A stretch of DNA of 64,000 bases from an uncultured Gammaproteobacteria bacterium. Lineage in GTDB: Bacteria; Patescibacteriota; Microgenomatia; CAZETR01; Amesbacteraceae. How positions within the stretch are numbered: the first letter of the stretch is position 1; each line of letters starts with the position of its first letter. The stretch lies in NCBI GenBank assembly GCA_964543035.1, contig CAZIVL010000001.1, positions 45,714 through 109,713 of the forward strand, read 5' to 3'. Positions 41,627 to 49,364 of this stretch are shown here, one piece after another. Position numbers and translations under genes: made by a program. The notes below the pieces were generated by a model that was not told the DNA's origin, did not search any database, and saw only the letters and a list, made by a program, of their open reading frames with translations.

Positions 41627-41627
41627 T

Positions 41628-41669
41628 CATTAAACATTAAACATTAAACATTAAACATTAAACATTAAA
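41628..41669. repeat. Perfect heptamer tandem repeat (CATTAAA)x6
   Basis: Fills the rpsL-rpsG spacer. Confidence 0.97.
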
Positions 41670-41675
41670 GAAAGT

Positions 41676-42152
41676 ATGAGATCAAAAACCAAATCAATCA
41701 GAACCGTGTCCGCCGATCCAGTGTATAACTCGGTTACCGTGACCAAAGTTATAAACAGATCCATGATCGATGGCAAAAAGTCCGTCGCCCAAAAACAGAT
41801 CTACAAGACCATCGATATTCTGAAGGAAAAAACCGGCAAAGATGGCCTAGAAGTTTTCGAGCAAGCTTTGGAAAACATCAAGCCTCAGATGGAAGTTCGA
41901 GCGCGGCGCGTGGGTGGTGCCGCTTACCAAGTCCCTTCTCCCGTGCGTGGAGTCCGTCGTGATGCTTTGAGTATCCGCTGGCTAGTCACAGCAGCGAGAG
42001 CCAGATCAAACTCTGATTTTCACTCATACGCCGAAAAGTTAGCCGCCGAGCTCTTGGACGCCCTCAACAATTCTGGTGCCGCCATAAAAAAGAAGTTAGA
42101 TACTCACAGAATGGCCGAAGCAAACAAAGCCTTCGCCCATTTCAGATGGTAA
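41676..42152 (+). CDS. rpsG: 30S ribosomal protein S7
   Basis: [33 protein letters not shown]. Confidence 0.99.
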   Translation: MRSKTKSIRTVSADPVYNSVTVTKVINRSMIDGKKSVAQKQIYKTIDILKEKTGKDGLEVFEQALENIKPQMEVRARRVGGAAYQVPSPVRGVRRDALSIRWLVTAARARSNSDFHSYAEKLAAELLDALNNSGAAIKKKLDTHRMAEANKAFAHFRW

Positions 42153-42158
42153 TTTTTA

Positions 42159-42193
42159 TAAATACTTAATACTTTATACATAATACGTAATAC
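42159..42193. repeat. Degenerate heptamer repeat (NTAATAC-like x5)
   Basis: TAAATAC TTAATAC TTTATAC ATAATAC GTAATAC. Confidence 0.8.
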
Positions 42194-42199
42194 AAATTT

Positions 42200-42799
42200 A
42201 TGTCACACTACACAGGACCAAAAAACCGATTATCCAGAAGAGAAGGCCTAGATCTCTTTGGCAAAGGCAACAAGCTCAGAAGGGCCGCCCAAGCTCCCGG
42301 CCAGCACGGCGCCAAGATGGTCAGACGCAAGTCCAACTATGGCATTCAGCTTCGCGAAAAGCAAAAGACCAGGAGATTGTACGGACTGGTCGAAGGCCAG
42401 TTCAGTGGCCTCTTTGCCAAGGCTTTGGAAGAAAAAGGCAAGACCGGTGAGATCTTGCTTCGCCTGCTAGAAACCAGGCTCGACAACGTAGTCTACCGCC
42501 TAGGTTTTGCCCCCACTCGTAGTATGGCCCGCCAGCTAGTTTCGCACAATCATGTCAAAGTAGACGGTAGGGTTGTAAATATCCCCTCCTTTCTGGTAAA
42601 ATCAGGTCATAAGATTTCTCTAGACGAAAAAGCTGTCCTGATTCCAGCCGTCAAGACTCGCCTAGAAAATAAAGACGTTGCACTCCCTGCCTGGTTGCAA
42701 AGACTTGATTCAACTGGTACCATTGAGCGCTTCCCCACAAGAAGCGAAATCGATACCCCAGTGAACGAGCAATTAATTGTTGAATATTATTCAAGATAA
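42200..42799 (+). CDS. rpsD: 30S ribosomal protein S4
   Basis: PGQHG, QLREKQK, LETRLDNVVYRLG, IVEYYSR. Confidence 0.99.
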   Translation: MSHYTGPKNRLSRREGLDLFGKGNKLRRAAQAPGQHGAKMVRRKSNYGIQLREKQKTRRLYGLVEGQFSGLFAKALEEKGKTGEILLRLLETRLDNVVYRLGFAPTRSMARQLVSHNHVKVDGRVVNIPSFLVKSGHKISLDEKAVLIPAVKTRLENKDVALPAWLQRLDSTGTIERFPTRSEIDTPVNEQLIVEYYSR

Positions 42800-43716
42800 T
42801 GACTAAACCACAATTTACAGTAGTTTCCGAAAATGCATCTGCAAATTTTGCAAAGTTCGTCATCGAACCTCTACCTCAAGGTTTTGGTCACACTCTAGGC
42901 AATTCTCTTCGCCGTGTTCTATATAGCTCTATCCCAGGCGCAGCTATTACTAGTATTACCATAAATGGCGCCACTCACCAATTCACCAGTATCGAAGGCG
43001 TCCAAGAGGACGTCATTCAATTGGTTTTGAATCTAAAGCAGGTTCGCGTTTCTTACACTGGTGACAAGCCCGCTCATATCACTCTTTCCGCCAAGGGTCC
43101 AGGCGAGGTAAAAGCCGGAGATTTTGAGTTGACGACTGGTGTCACTATTGCCAATCCAGAGTTAGTCATTGCTCATCTTTCTGACAAGTCCGCCAAGTTA
43201 GAGCTCGAAGCCACTGTGGAAGCCGGACTTGGCTATTCTCCCGCCGAAGATCGCAGAAGTGCCACCGTGGGAGTCATCCCCATGGACGCCACCTTCACCC
43301 CAGTTAGTCGGGTAAATTACACAGTCGAAGCCACTCGCGTCGGCCGTGTTACCAATTTTGACAAACTGCTTCTCGAAGTAACGACCGATGGTACCGTATC
43401 TCCCAAGGCCGCTCTTTCCACTGCTTCCGCCACATTGGTCGAATACTTCTCAGCCATCTCAAATCCCGAGTCAGATGACGTCTCTTCTCCTGCTACTTCT
43501 TCTACCAAGACGACAGTTGGTAGTACCGTCGCCGTCGAAGAGTTAGATCTCCCAACTCGCATTGCCAATGCACTTCAAAAAGCAGGTTTCGCGACCGTTG
43601 CCGATCTGTTGTCTACTCCAAAAGAGACACTCGCTAAGGTAAAAAATCTTGGTGGCAAATCGGTCAAGATTATTGAAGTCGCGCTCAGGGAGCGTGGGTT
43701 TGAAATGACCCTGTAA
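42799..43716 (+). CDS. rpoA: RNA polymerase alpha subunit
   Basis: EPL..GFGHTLGNSLRRVL, alpha-CTD NLGGKS. Confidence 0.99.
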   Translation: MTKPQFTVVSENASANFAKFVIEPLPQGFGHTLGNSLRRVLYSSIPGAAITSITINGATHQFTSIEGVQEDVIQLVLNLKQVRVSYTGDKPAHITLSAKGPGEVKAGDFELTTGVTIANPELVIAHLSDKSAKLELEATVEAGLGYSPAEDRRSATVGVIPMDATFTPVSRVNYTVEATRVGRVTNFDKLLLEVTTDGTVSPKAALSTASATLVEYFSAISNPESDDVSSPATSSTKTTVGSTVAVEELDLPTRIANALQKAGFATVADLLSTPKETLAKVKNLGGKSVKIIEVALRERGFEMTL

Positions 43717-43717
43717 C

Positions 43718-44176
43718 ATGTCTCACAATGTATTTGGAAAAAAACTCAATCGTGACACTGGACAACGCCAAGCTCTTCTAAAAGGGCTCGCGGGGGCTAT
43801 CATTCGCTCCGAGAGTATCGAGACTACCGAGGCCAAAGCCAAAGCCGCCAAAGATCTGATCGAAAAGCTCATTACCCAAGCCAAGCGGGGATCAGTGAGT
43901 GACTTGCGCCAGATCGAGTCCACCATAGTCAGCAAAGATCTTATAGACAAACTAGTGCACGACATCGCCCCCAGATTCAAGACCAGAAACGGTGGCTATC
44001 TTAGACTCATCAAGACTGGTATCAGAGCTGGAGACAACGCATCTTTAGTTCGCATGGAATTTGTGGCCGCTTCAGTCGCAGTCGCTCCGGAAGCCCCCAA
44101 AGCCAAAGCCCCCGCCAAAAAGACCACCCCTGTTAAAAAAGTTTCTTCAAAGAAAAAAGCGTCATCCCGAGTGTAA
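43718..44176 (+). CDS. rplQ: 50S ribosomal protein L17
   Basis: KLNR...R.ALL, IETTEAKAK, RNGGYLR, RAGDNA. Confidence 0.97.
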   Translation: MSHNVFGKKLNRDTGQRQALLKGLAGAIIRSESIETTEAKAKAAKDLIEKLITQAKRGSVSDLRQIESTIVSKDLIDKLVHDIAPRFKTRNGGYLRLIKTGIRAGDNASLVRMEFVAASVAVAPEAPKAKAPAKKTTPVKKVSSKKKASSRV

Positions 44177-44190
44177 CGAGGGACCAGTAC
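44161..44190 (+). repeat. REP-like variant overlapping the rplQ stop
   Basis: GTCATCCCGAGTGTAACGAGGGACCAGTAC (compensatory TCCC/GGGA stem). Confidence 0.75.
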
Positions 44191-44192
44191 CT

Positions 44193-44645
44193 ATGAAAAC
44201 ATACTCAATAAAATCTGGCGAGATCACCCGCAAGTGGCATCTTATTGATGCTAAGACTGGGAGATTAGGCAGGCTCGCGACTCAGATCGCGATTTTTTTG
44301 ATGGGCAAGCACAAGCCCGAGTTCACAGCTCACTTAGACATGGGTGATCATGTGGTAGTTATCAATGCAGCAGATGTAGAGGTCACTGGTCGCAAAGAAT
44401 TGCAAAAGGTCTATCACAGACATTCAGGTTTCCCAGGGGGCAAGAGAGAGACTCCACTTTTCAGAATGCGTGCCACTTTCCCAGAGAGAATTATTCTCAA
44501 AGCAGTCAGCGGCATGTTGCCAGATAACAAGCTCAAGGCAAAAAGACTTCTCCACCTCCATATCTTCAAAGACTCAAATCACCCATATACCAAAAACTTT
44601 AAAAAAATCACATCCGAATTAACTAATTCACAAATCACTAATTAA
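44193..44645 (+). CDS. rplM: 50S ribosomal protein L13
   Basis: WHLIDA, LGRLA, GKHKP, DMGDHVVVINA, HSGFPGG. Confidence 0.98.
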   Translation: MKTYSIKSGEITRKWHLIDAKTGRLGRLATQIAIFLMGKHKPEFTAHLDMGDHVVVINAADVEVTGRKELQKVYHRHSGFPGGKRETPLFRMRATFPERIILKAVSGMLPDNKLKAKRLLHLHIFKDSNHPYTKNFKKITSELTNSQITN

Positions 44646-44653
44646 CTAAAACA

Positions 44654-45058
44654 ATGACAGACACCAAGCCAAAAATCGTAGCTTCCGCCATCGGTCGTCG
44701 CAAGTCGGCTATCGCTTCAGTGCGCCTGATTCCCGGAAACGGTGAGCTGACAGTCAATGGCAAGCCCGGGACTGAATATTTCCCAGGTCTTCACGCCGCT
44801 CCCAAGTACAATTCTCCTTTCAAGACTCTCGATGTCTCAAAGTACGCAGTCAGTGTCCGCGTGCATGGCGGCGGCCCCGCAGGTCAGCTAGACGCAGTTG
44901 TTTTGGGTATCGCCAGAGCGCTCGTTGAAGTAAAAGAAGCATTCAAAAAGCCTCTTCGCGACGCCGGTCTTCTGACCCGCGATTCCCGTGAGCGCCAGAG
45001 ACGCCACATCGGCACTGGTGGTAAGGCCCGCAGGCGCAAGCAATCCCCCAAGCGATAA
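44654..45058 (+). CDS. rpsI: 30S ribosomal protein S9
   Basis: GRRKSAIA, GGG..GQ, LLTRDSR, KARRRKQSPKR. Confidence 0.98.
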   Translation: MTDTKPKIVASAIGRRKSAIASVRLIPGNGELTVNGKPGTEYFPGLHAAPKYNSPFKTLDVSKYAVSVRVHGGGPAGQLDAVVLGIARALVEVKEAFKKPLRDAGLLTRDSRERQRRHIGTGGKARRRKQSPKR

Positions 45059-45062
45059 TTTT

Positions 45063-45210
45063 TGTCATCCTGAACGCACCCCTGTCATCCTGAGCGTCCT
45101 GTACCACTCATATCACACTCGCTTTTTTATTGTCATCCTGGACGCCCTGTACCACTCATATCACACTCGCTTTTTTATTGTCATCCTGAACGCAGTGAAG
45201 GATCCAGTAC
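45063..45210 (+). repeat. REP array: partial REP, two 48-bp tandem units, full REP
   Basis: TGTCATCCTG at 45063, 45083, 45131 and 45179; units share CCTGTACCACTCATATCACACTCGCTTTTTTAT. Confidence 0.9.
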
Positions 45211-45486
45211 CGCCAGATCATTCCATCCAGGATTATTCATTTCAATCAATTCCAGTTTCTTTTGTCTCTTCCACCCCTTAATTTTTTTCTCCACTTCAAT
45301 CGCTTCCATCGGCCTATCAAACTCCTCAAAATAAACTAACATCTTCAAACTATATTTACTAGTAAACTCCGAAAACCCTCCCTGTCTGTGCTGCCAAATT
45401 CGCTTTACTAGATCTCCTGTCATCCCTACATACAACGTTCCGTTTCTCTTGTTAGTTACAATATATACCCAATATTTTTTATCCAC
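45181..45486 (-). CDS. Small stand-alone GIY-YIG nuclease
   Basis: YWVYIV...GTLYVGMT.DL.KR..QH, LVYFEE, A..VEKKIKGWKRQKK; stop lies inside a REP. Confidence 0.93.
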   Translation of the reverse strand: MDKKYWVYIVTNKRNGTLYVGMTGDLVKRIWQHRQGGFSEFTSKYSLKMLVYFEEFDRPMEAIEVEKKIKGWKRQKKLELIEMNNPGWNDLAVLDPSLRSG

Positions 45487-45514
45487 ATTTTCATTATGTC
45501 ACCCCAGTCGAACC

Positions 45515-45595
45515 TGTCATTCTGAACCGCAGTGAAGAATCCAGCTCATCCCCTTGTCATCCTGACCCCGCAGCTGCGGGGGAAGGATCCAGTAC
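45515..45595 (+). repeat. Two REP-like copies upstream of the GIY-YIG gene
   Basis: TGTCATTCTGAACCGCAGTGAAGAATCCAG; TGTCATCCTGACCCCGCAGCTGCGGGGGAAGGATCCAGTAC. Confidence 0.9.
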
Positions 45596-45598
45596 CAG

Positions 45599-46291
45599 TT
45601 ACAGATACCTAAAAGTAGTCAGAGCCTTTTCTATATACTCCGGCAGTTTTATGAGTCCAGTCGCGTCATCCCGGCTATAGATATTAGAAGAAATCAATAT
45701 CATTTGGTTGCCGTCCGGGATCATGACATAAGTCTCTCCCCATGACCCACAGTTACTAGTCGCAATCAGGGCGTTTTTATTCATAACGACGATATCTTGG
45801 TAGTAGCGCACACAAGCCGTAGTCGGTGGTTTATTTCGAGTCAGCCACACTCTTCTCGATCCGTTTTCATAGTTGTTGTAGACCTCGACTTTGTACAGAT
45901 CTTTACACAACTTATTTTCTTCGTTTGCTCCCCGGGGTAGGTAGCATTCCAAGATTGTTACATTCACTCCAGCTTTATAGTTACCCAGATCTTGTCTATT
46001 ACTAAATATTCCTCTCATGGTCGTGTCGTATTGGATAGAGAACCCCGCTTGATTATCTGTATATGTTTTCCAGCTCGGCTGAGTTTTGTATTGGATTATT
46101 TTTGATAGTGCGGCACTCGTGGGTTCCGGCATGTCCGTTTCAGGTGCGGGCGTTGGCGTCACGACCACCGTGTTTGTCACTACTTGTTTTGAGGTCGTAT
46201 ATCTACCAATGAGAAATCCACTAAACGTACACACCACACTCACCCCAAAAAACAAAAAGTATCTCAGTAGCTCTTTATGATGATTTTCCAC
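45599..46291 (-). CDS. Hypothetical exported protein (PsbP-like WKTY..GFSIQY motif)
   Basis: TM segment, PT linker, ends TFRYL. Confidence 0.65.
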   Translation of the reverse strand: MENHHKELLRYFLFFGVSVVCTFSGFLIGRYTTSKQVVTNTVVVTPTPAPETDMPEPTSAALSKIIQYKTQPSWKTYTDNQAGFSIQYDTTMRGIFSNRQDLGNYKAGVNVTILECYLPRGANEENKLCKDLYKVEVYNNYENGSRRVWLTRNKPPTTACVRYYQDIVVMNKNALIATSNCGSWGETYVMIPDGNQMILISSNIYSRDDATGLIKLPEYIEKALTTFRYL

Positions 46292-46317
46292 TTCTCCACA
46301 AGTTTATCAGATTTGTC

Positions 46318-47052
46318 TTATTTCAACACTATATTTCCATTAGTTCCAAGCTCCAAGGCTTTCCCAAACGATTCGGCCGTTTGTCCAAATCCAGTAGTCA
46401 TCCTGCCCGCCAGATGGTCGGGGTCCTTTCCATAAACCTTGCTATTATAATCACCCCACATCACAGTCGGTTGTTCAGGTCTAATCTTCGAGTAATCGCC
46501 CTCATTCTTCCAGTGGCCATCTGTTTTAAGTGGGGGCTTAGGAAAGGGAGCTTCGTGTCCTGCGGCCAAATCTCTCATAACTTCGCCAAATCTGGCCAAC
46601 ACTTCCACCGGCGCAGCCAGCTGCTTTGAGGAAAGTGGAAAGCTATCCGATCCAGGATGAAGTTTTCTATCATCCAAACTCATAGTCGCATGCTGAACTT
46701 GTACACCATCCGTATCTTCCGGACGAACCAGAAGTACCACGGGTATGTCGTAGGTTTTTCCATCTATATCTTTGAATTTTGCTTTATGATATGACACCCC
46801 TCGATTAGCTATTTTTGGTCGTTTACCGTCGCGACTTCCAGCAAGTGACAATTCTGGAGTGTGGACTACAGTTTTGGGATGGTATTGCTCTTCCATCTCC
46901 GCGCGTTCCTCAGGAGTAATGTTTCGATCGCCCCATATCTTAATAGCCGTAGTTAGACTACCTAAATTCACTTGTGTTTCAGAATTCAGTCCAGCCCAAG
47001 GATCTTCCACAGCTTTCACTCTCACCTCAGCCCCTATAGTTTCATCAGCCAT
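46318..47052 (-). CDS. Hypothetical protein
   Basis: 244-aa ORF with TGGTAGAAT just upstream. Confidence 0.6.
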   Translation of the reverse strand: MADETIGAEVRVKAVEDPWAGLNSETQVNLGSLTTAIKIWGDRNITPEERAEMEEQYHPKTVVHTPELSLAGSRDGKRPKIANRGVSYHKAKFKDIDGKTYDIPVVLLVRPEDTDGVQVQHATMSLDDRKLHPGSDSFPLSSKQLAAPVEVLARFGEVMRDLAAGHEAPFPKPPLKTDGHWKNEGDYSKIRPEQPTVMWGDYNSKVYGKDPDHLAGRMTTGFGQTAESFGKALELGTNGNIVLK

Positions 47053-47082
47053 AACCAGATTCTACCAAAATGCTAGACTAAA

Positions 47083-47727
47083 TTGGTGATTAAGAAATTT
47101 CTTATTCTTCTTGGCATTATTTTATTTCTAGTCTGGTTTGTCCCCACCACATCTAGGTTTCCTGTCCAAGATCTCGCTCCCGAAGATCTGGTGAAGGTCC
47201 AAGAGCTATTTGCAAAAAACAAATTAGATTTAGACAATTTTTACCCAACCCGAGTAATATCAAGCGAGTATGGCAACTTTCACGTCCGGGGGCATCAGGT
47301 CTTCAAAGGTGTGACAGTCTACCAAGATTTGATTTTTCATTTTGATGACAACGGAGACTACGAGTCTATTTCAGGATATCCAGCCGCAAATATTTCCTTT
47401 TCAAACAATCCCCAGATTACTCTTCCAGACACATTCGGATATCAGTATTTTCGTCCGATCCCGTTCACCCCAAAGCCATTCATACCTTCATATATAGCCA
47501 GTCTTAGATCCCGCTTTCTCATGGGCTTTCCCTACTTCTTCTTTCCTCAGCATGCGTCTCTTGCGATTTATGATCGTCATTCTGGAGAAAGTTACATGAG
47601 CCAAGACTGGACTCTGGTATGGGAGATCGTACCCTTTAAATTCGGCAATTACCCCCAAGTCTTGATCGATGCCTTTTCAGGCAAAGTTCTTTACTACGAC
47701 AACGGCATTCGGACTGGTACTTATTGA
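47083..47727 (+). CDS. FTP/PepSY propeptide-like exported protein
   Basis: HVR..Q.FKGV.V and LVWEI...VLIDAFSGKVL motifs; no HEXXH. Confidence 0.6.
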   Translation: MVIKKFLILLGIILFLVWFVPTTSRFPVQDLAPEDLVKVQELFAKNKLDLDNFYPTRVISSEYGNFHVRGHQVFKGVTVYQDLIFHFDDNGDYESISGYPAANISFSNNPQITLPDTFGYQYFRPIPFTPKPFIPSYIASLRSRFLMGFPYFFFPQHASLAIYDRHSGESYMSQDWTLVWEIVPFKFGNYPQVLIDAFSGKVLYYDNGIRTGTY

Positions 47728-47750
47728 CTGGGTACTGCTACACTAAATAC

Positions 47751-48410
47751 GTGTCCAAGAAGTTTGGTTTGGCAGTACTGACTGCTGGAGTAATGGCCGC
47801 AGCCGGCATGGGATTTAAGAATTTTGTAAACCCTTATGAGACAGTTTACAAAATAGCCGATGGGGACACTGTGATATTAGAAAACAACAAACAAGCAGTC
47901 AGATTATTTGGTATAGATTCCCCCGAACCAGAGTATTGTTACGGCGCTGAGTCGACGCGAAGACTTGACCAGCTTCTAAAGAAACGCAAAGTTCAGATCA
48001 AAGAACCGGTCGTGGACAAGTTTGGTCGCATTGTGGCGCTGGTTTATGTAGACGGCAAATCCATAAATGAGGCCATGATTCGAGAAGGTTTTGCCGCTTA
48101 CAGGAGCGAGCCGGGGAGTGAAAAAGAGACCATGAAAGCGGCGCACGAATATGCCAAGACAAACAAGATTGGTATTTATTCCAGTGCTTGTTCAGACGAG
48201 GCGCCAACAGATCCCAAATGTGATATCAAAGGCAACCACGATTTAGATCGCAACGAATTTGTATATCTTTTACCTGAATGTCCATATTATGGAGTGGTAA
48301 ATGTTCGTCGTTTCGAAGGGGACCAGTGGTTCTGTAGTGAGAAGGAAGCGAGAAAAGCCGGCTTCACCATTTCCCCCGCCTGCTCCATGGGCACAAATCG
48401 CTCAAATTAA
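47751..48410 (+). CDS. Thermonuclease (SNase) family protein
   Basis: DGDT, VRLFGIDSPE, DKFGRIVA, INEAMIREGFA; C-terminal IKGN..WFCSE.EA..AGF. Confidence 0.93.
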   Translation: MSKKFGLAVLTAGVMAAAGMGFKNFVNPYETVYKIADGDTVILENNKQAVRLFGIDSPEPEYCYGAESTRRLDQLLKKRKVQIKEPVVDKFGRIVALVYVDGKSINEAMIREGFAAYRSEPGSEKETMKAAHEYAKTNKIGIYSSACSDEAPTDPKCDIKGNHDLDRNEFVYLLPECPYYGVVNVRRFEGDQWFCSEKEARKAGFTISPACSMGTNRSN

Positions 48411-49169
48411 CTTCAACTGCTTCGTCTCGGTCGTGCGATAACTACTTAGTACACTCAACACCTCGTGCAACTTATTTTCAGGAAATAAGTGTTTTGGATA
48501 TATCTCGATTATTTCGATGTTATGTTTCTTGGCCAGTTCCAGTTTTCTATTCTTTAGCTGAGAATAAGCAGCAAGCTGTCCATCGAGTCCAAAAAATTCA
48601 ATCCATTTATCTCCAACTACAAAATCTACAGTAAATCCTTCGTCACCAGGATACGGAGCCCATCTTTGGTGATTAATTTTCTTACAACTCAACCAGTCGT
48701 CAATAATCATTTCAGATACTGAATCGCATACATGTCCATCCCGGGCTATATACTTTTTCGAAAATAATACCGGGTTTGGATCAAATCCTGCAGCCACAAT
48801 AGCCTTATTCCAAGTCCCAAAACGCCCTCTGGTTGCATGATAGTACTTAAACTCTCTTTTTAGAGGGATCCTCCCATTAGCCTTATAAAATTCTTGTATT
48901 CCATGTAGGATCACTTCTTTTGGGACGATCTGACTGTCACTATGACACTTGGCTGAACAATATCTTTTCCTACTTACAAACTCCTTGTTACAAAACTCAC
49001 ACTTTTTTCTCACCCCTGGATGCTTTGGGAATTTTGTGTTATTCACAGTTACAGCGCAACTACGCGAACAGTAATAGGAAACACACCTCAAGTCACTCAC
49101 TTTTCTATAAAAAACATTGCCACAATTTGGCCTACTACATACCAGGGTAATTCCATTACTTTTCCTCAT
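48402..49169 (-). CDS. Putative endonuclease (Zn-finger repeats, homing-endonuclease-associated repeat, PD-(D/E)XK-like domain)
   Basis: YCSRSC/YCSAKC; RFGTWNKAIVAAG; DSVSE..IDDWL..VDF...WIEFFG. Confidence 0.75.
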   Translation of the reverse strand: MRKSNGITLVCSRPNCGNVFYRKVSDLRCVSYYCSRSCAVTVNNTKFPKHPGVRKKCEFCNKEFVSRKRYCSAKCHSDSQIVPKEVILHGIQEFYKANGRIPLKREFKYYHATRGRFGTWNKAIVAAGFDPNPVLFSKKYIARDGHVCDSVSEMIIDDWLSCKKINHQRWAPYPGDEGFTVDFVVGDKWIEFFGLDGQLAAYSQLKNRKLELAKKHNIEIIEIYPKHLFPENKLHEVLSVLSSYRTTETKQLKLI

Positions 49170-49251
49170 AACCTATCACGTCCTACTTCCACACCGATCT
49201 CAATATTCAGTATAAAACCAAACAAAACCCCAAGTCAATATCCTATTTTAG

Positions 49252-49322
49252 TCGGGGAGCGGAGAGTCGCACTCCGGCCTCATGACCCCCAGCCACGAAT
49301 TCTACTGTTAAACTACTCCCCG
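49252..49322 (-). tRNA. tRNA-Pro(GGG)
   Basis: CGGGGAG acceptor stem, anticodon loop CTGGGGG, T arm CGGAG-TGCGACT-CTCCG; CCA not encoded. Confidence 0.9.
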
Positions 49323-49364
49323 ATGTTTGTATTTTAGCTTATCTCAGGCTAAAATTTAAGCTCA

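Noticed and set aside
45063-45210. CRISPR mini-array
   Set aside because: The repeats are REP fragments, the two spacers are identical, and no cas genes are present in the window.
44988-45281. ORF with repeated peptide LYHSYHTRFFIVIL
   Set aside because: A translation of the 48-bp duplication; it overlaps rpsI and the GIY-YIG gene.
48371-48388. tRNA/tmRNA-like 3' end (att site) TTCCCCCGCCTGCTCCA
   Set aside because: Lies within the thermonuclease CDS, has no T arm, and does not match the tRNA-Pro 3' end.
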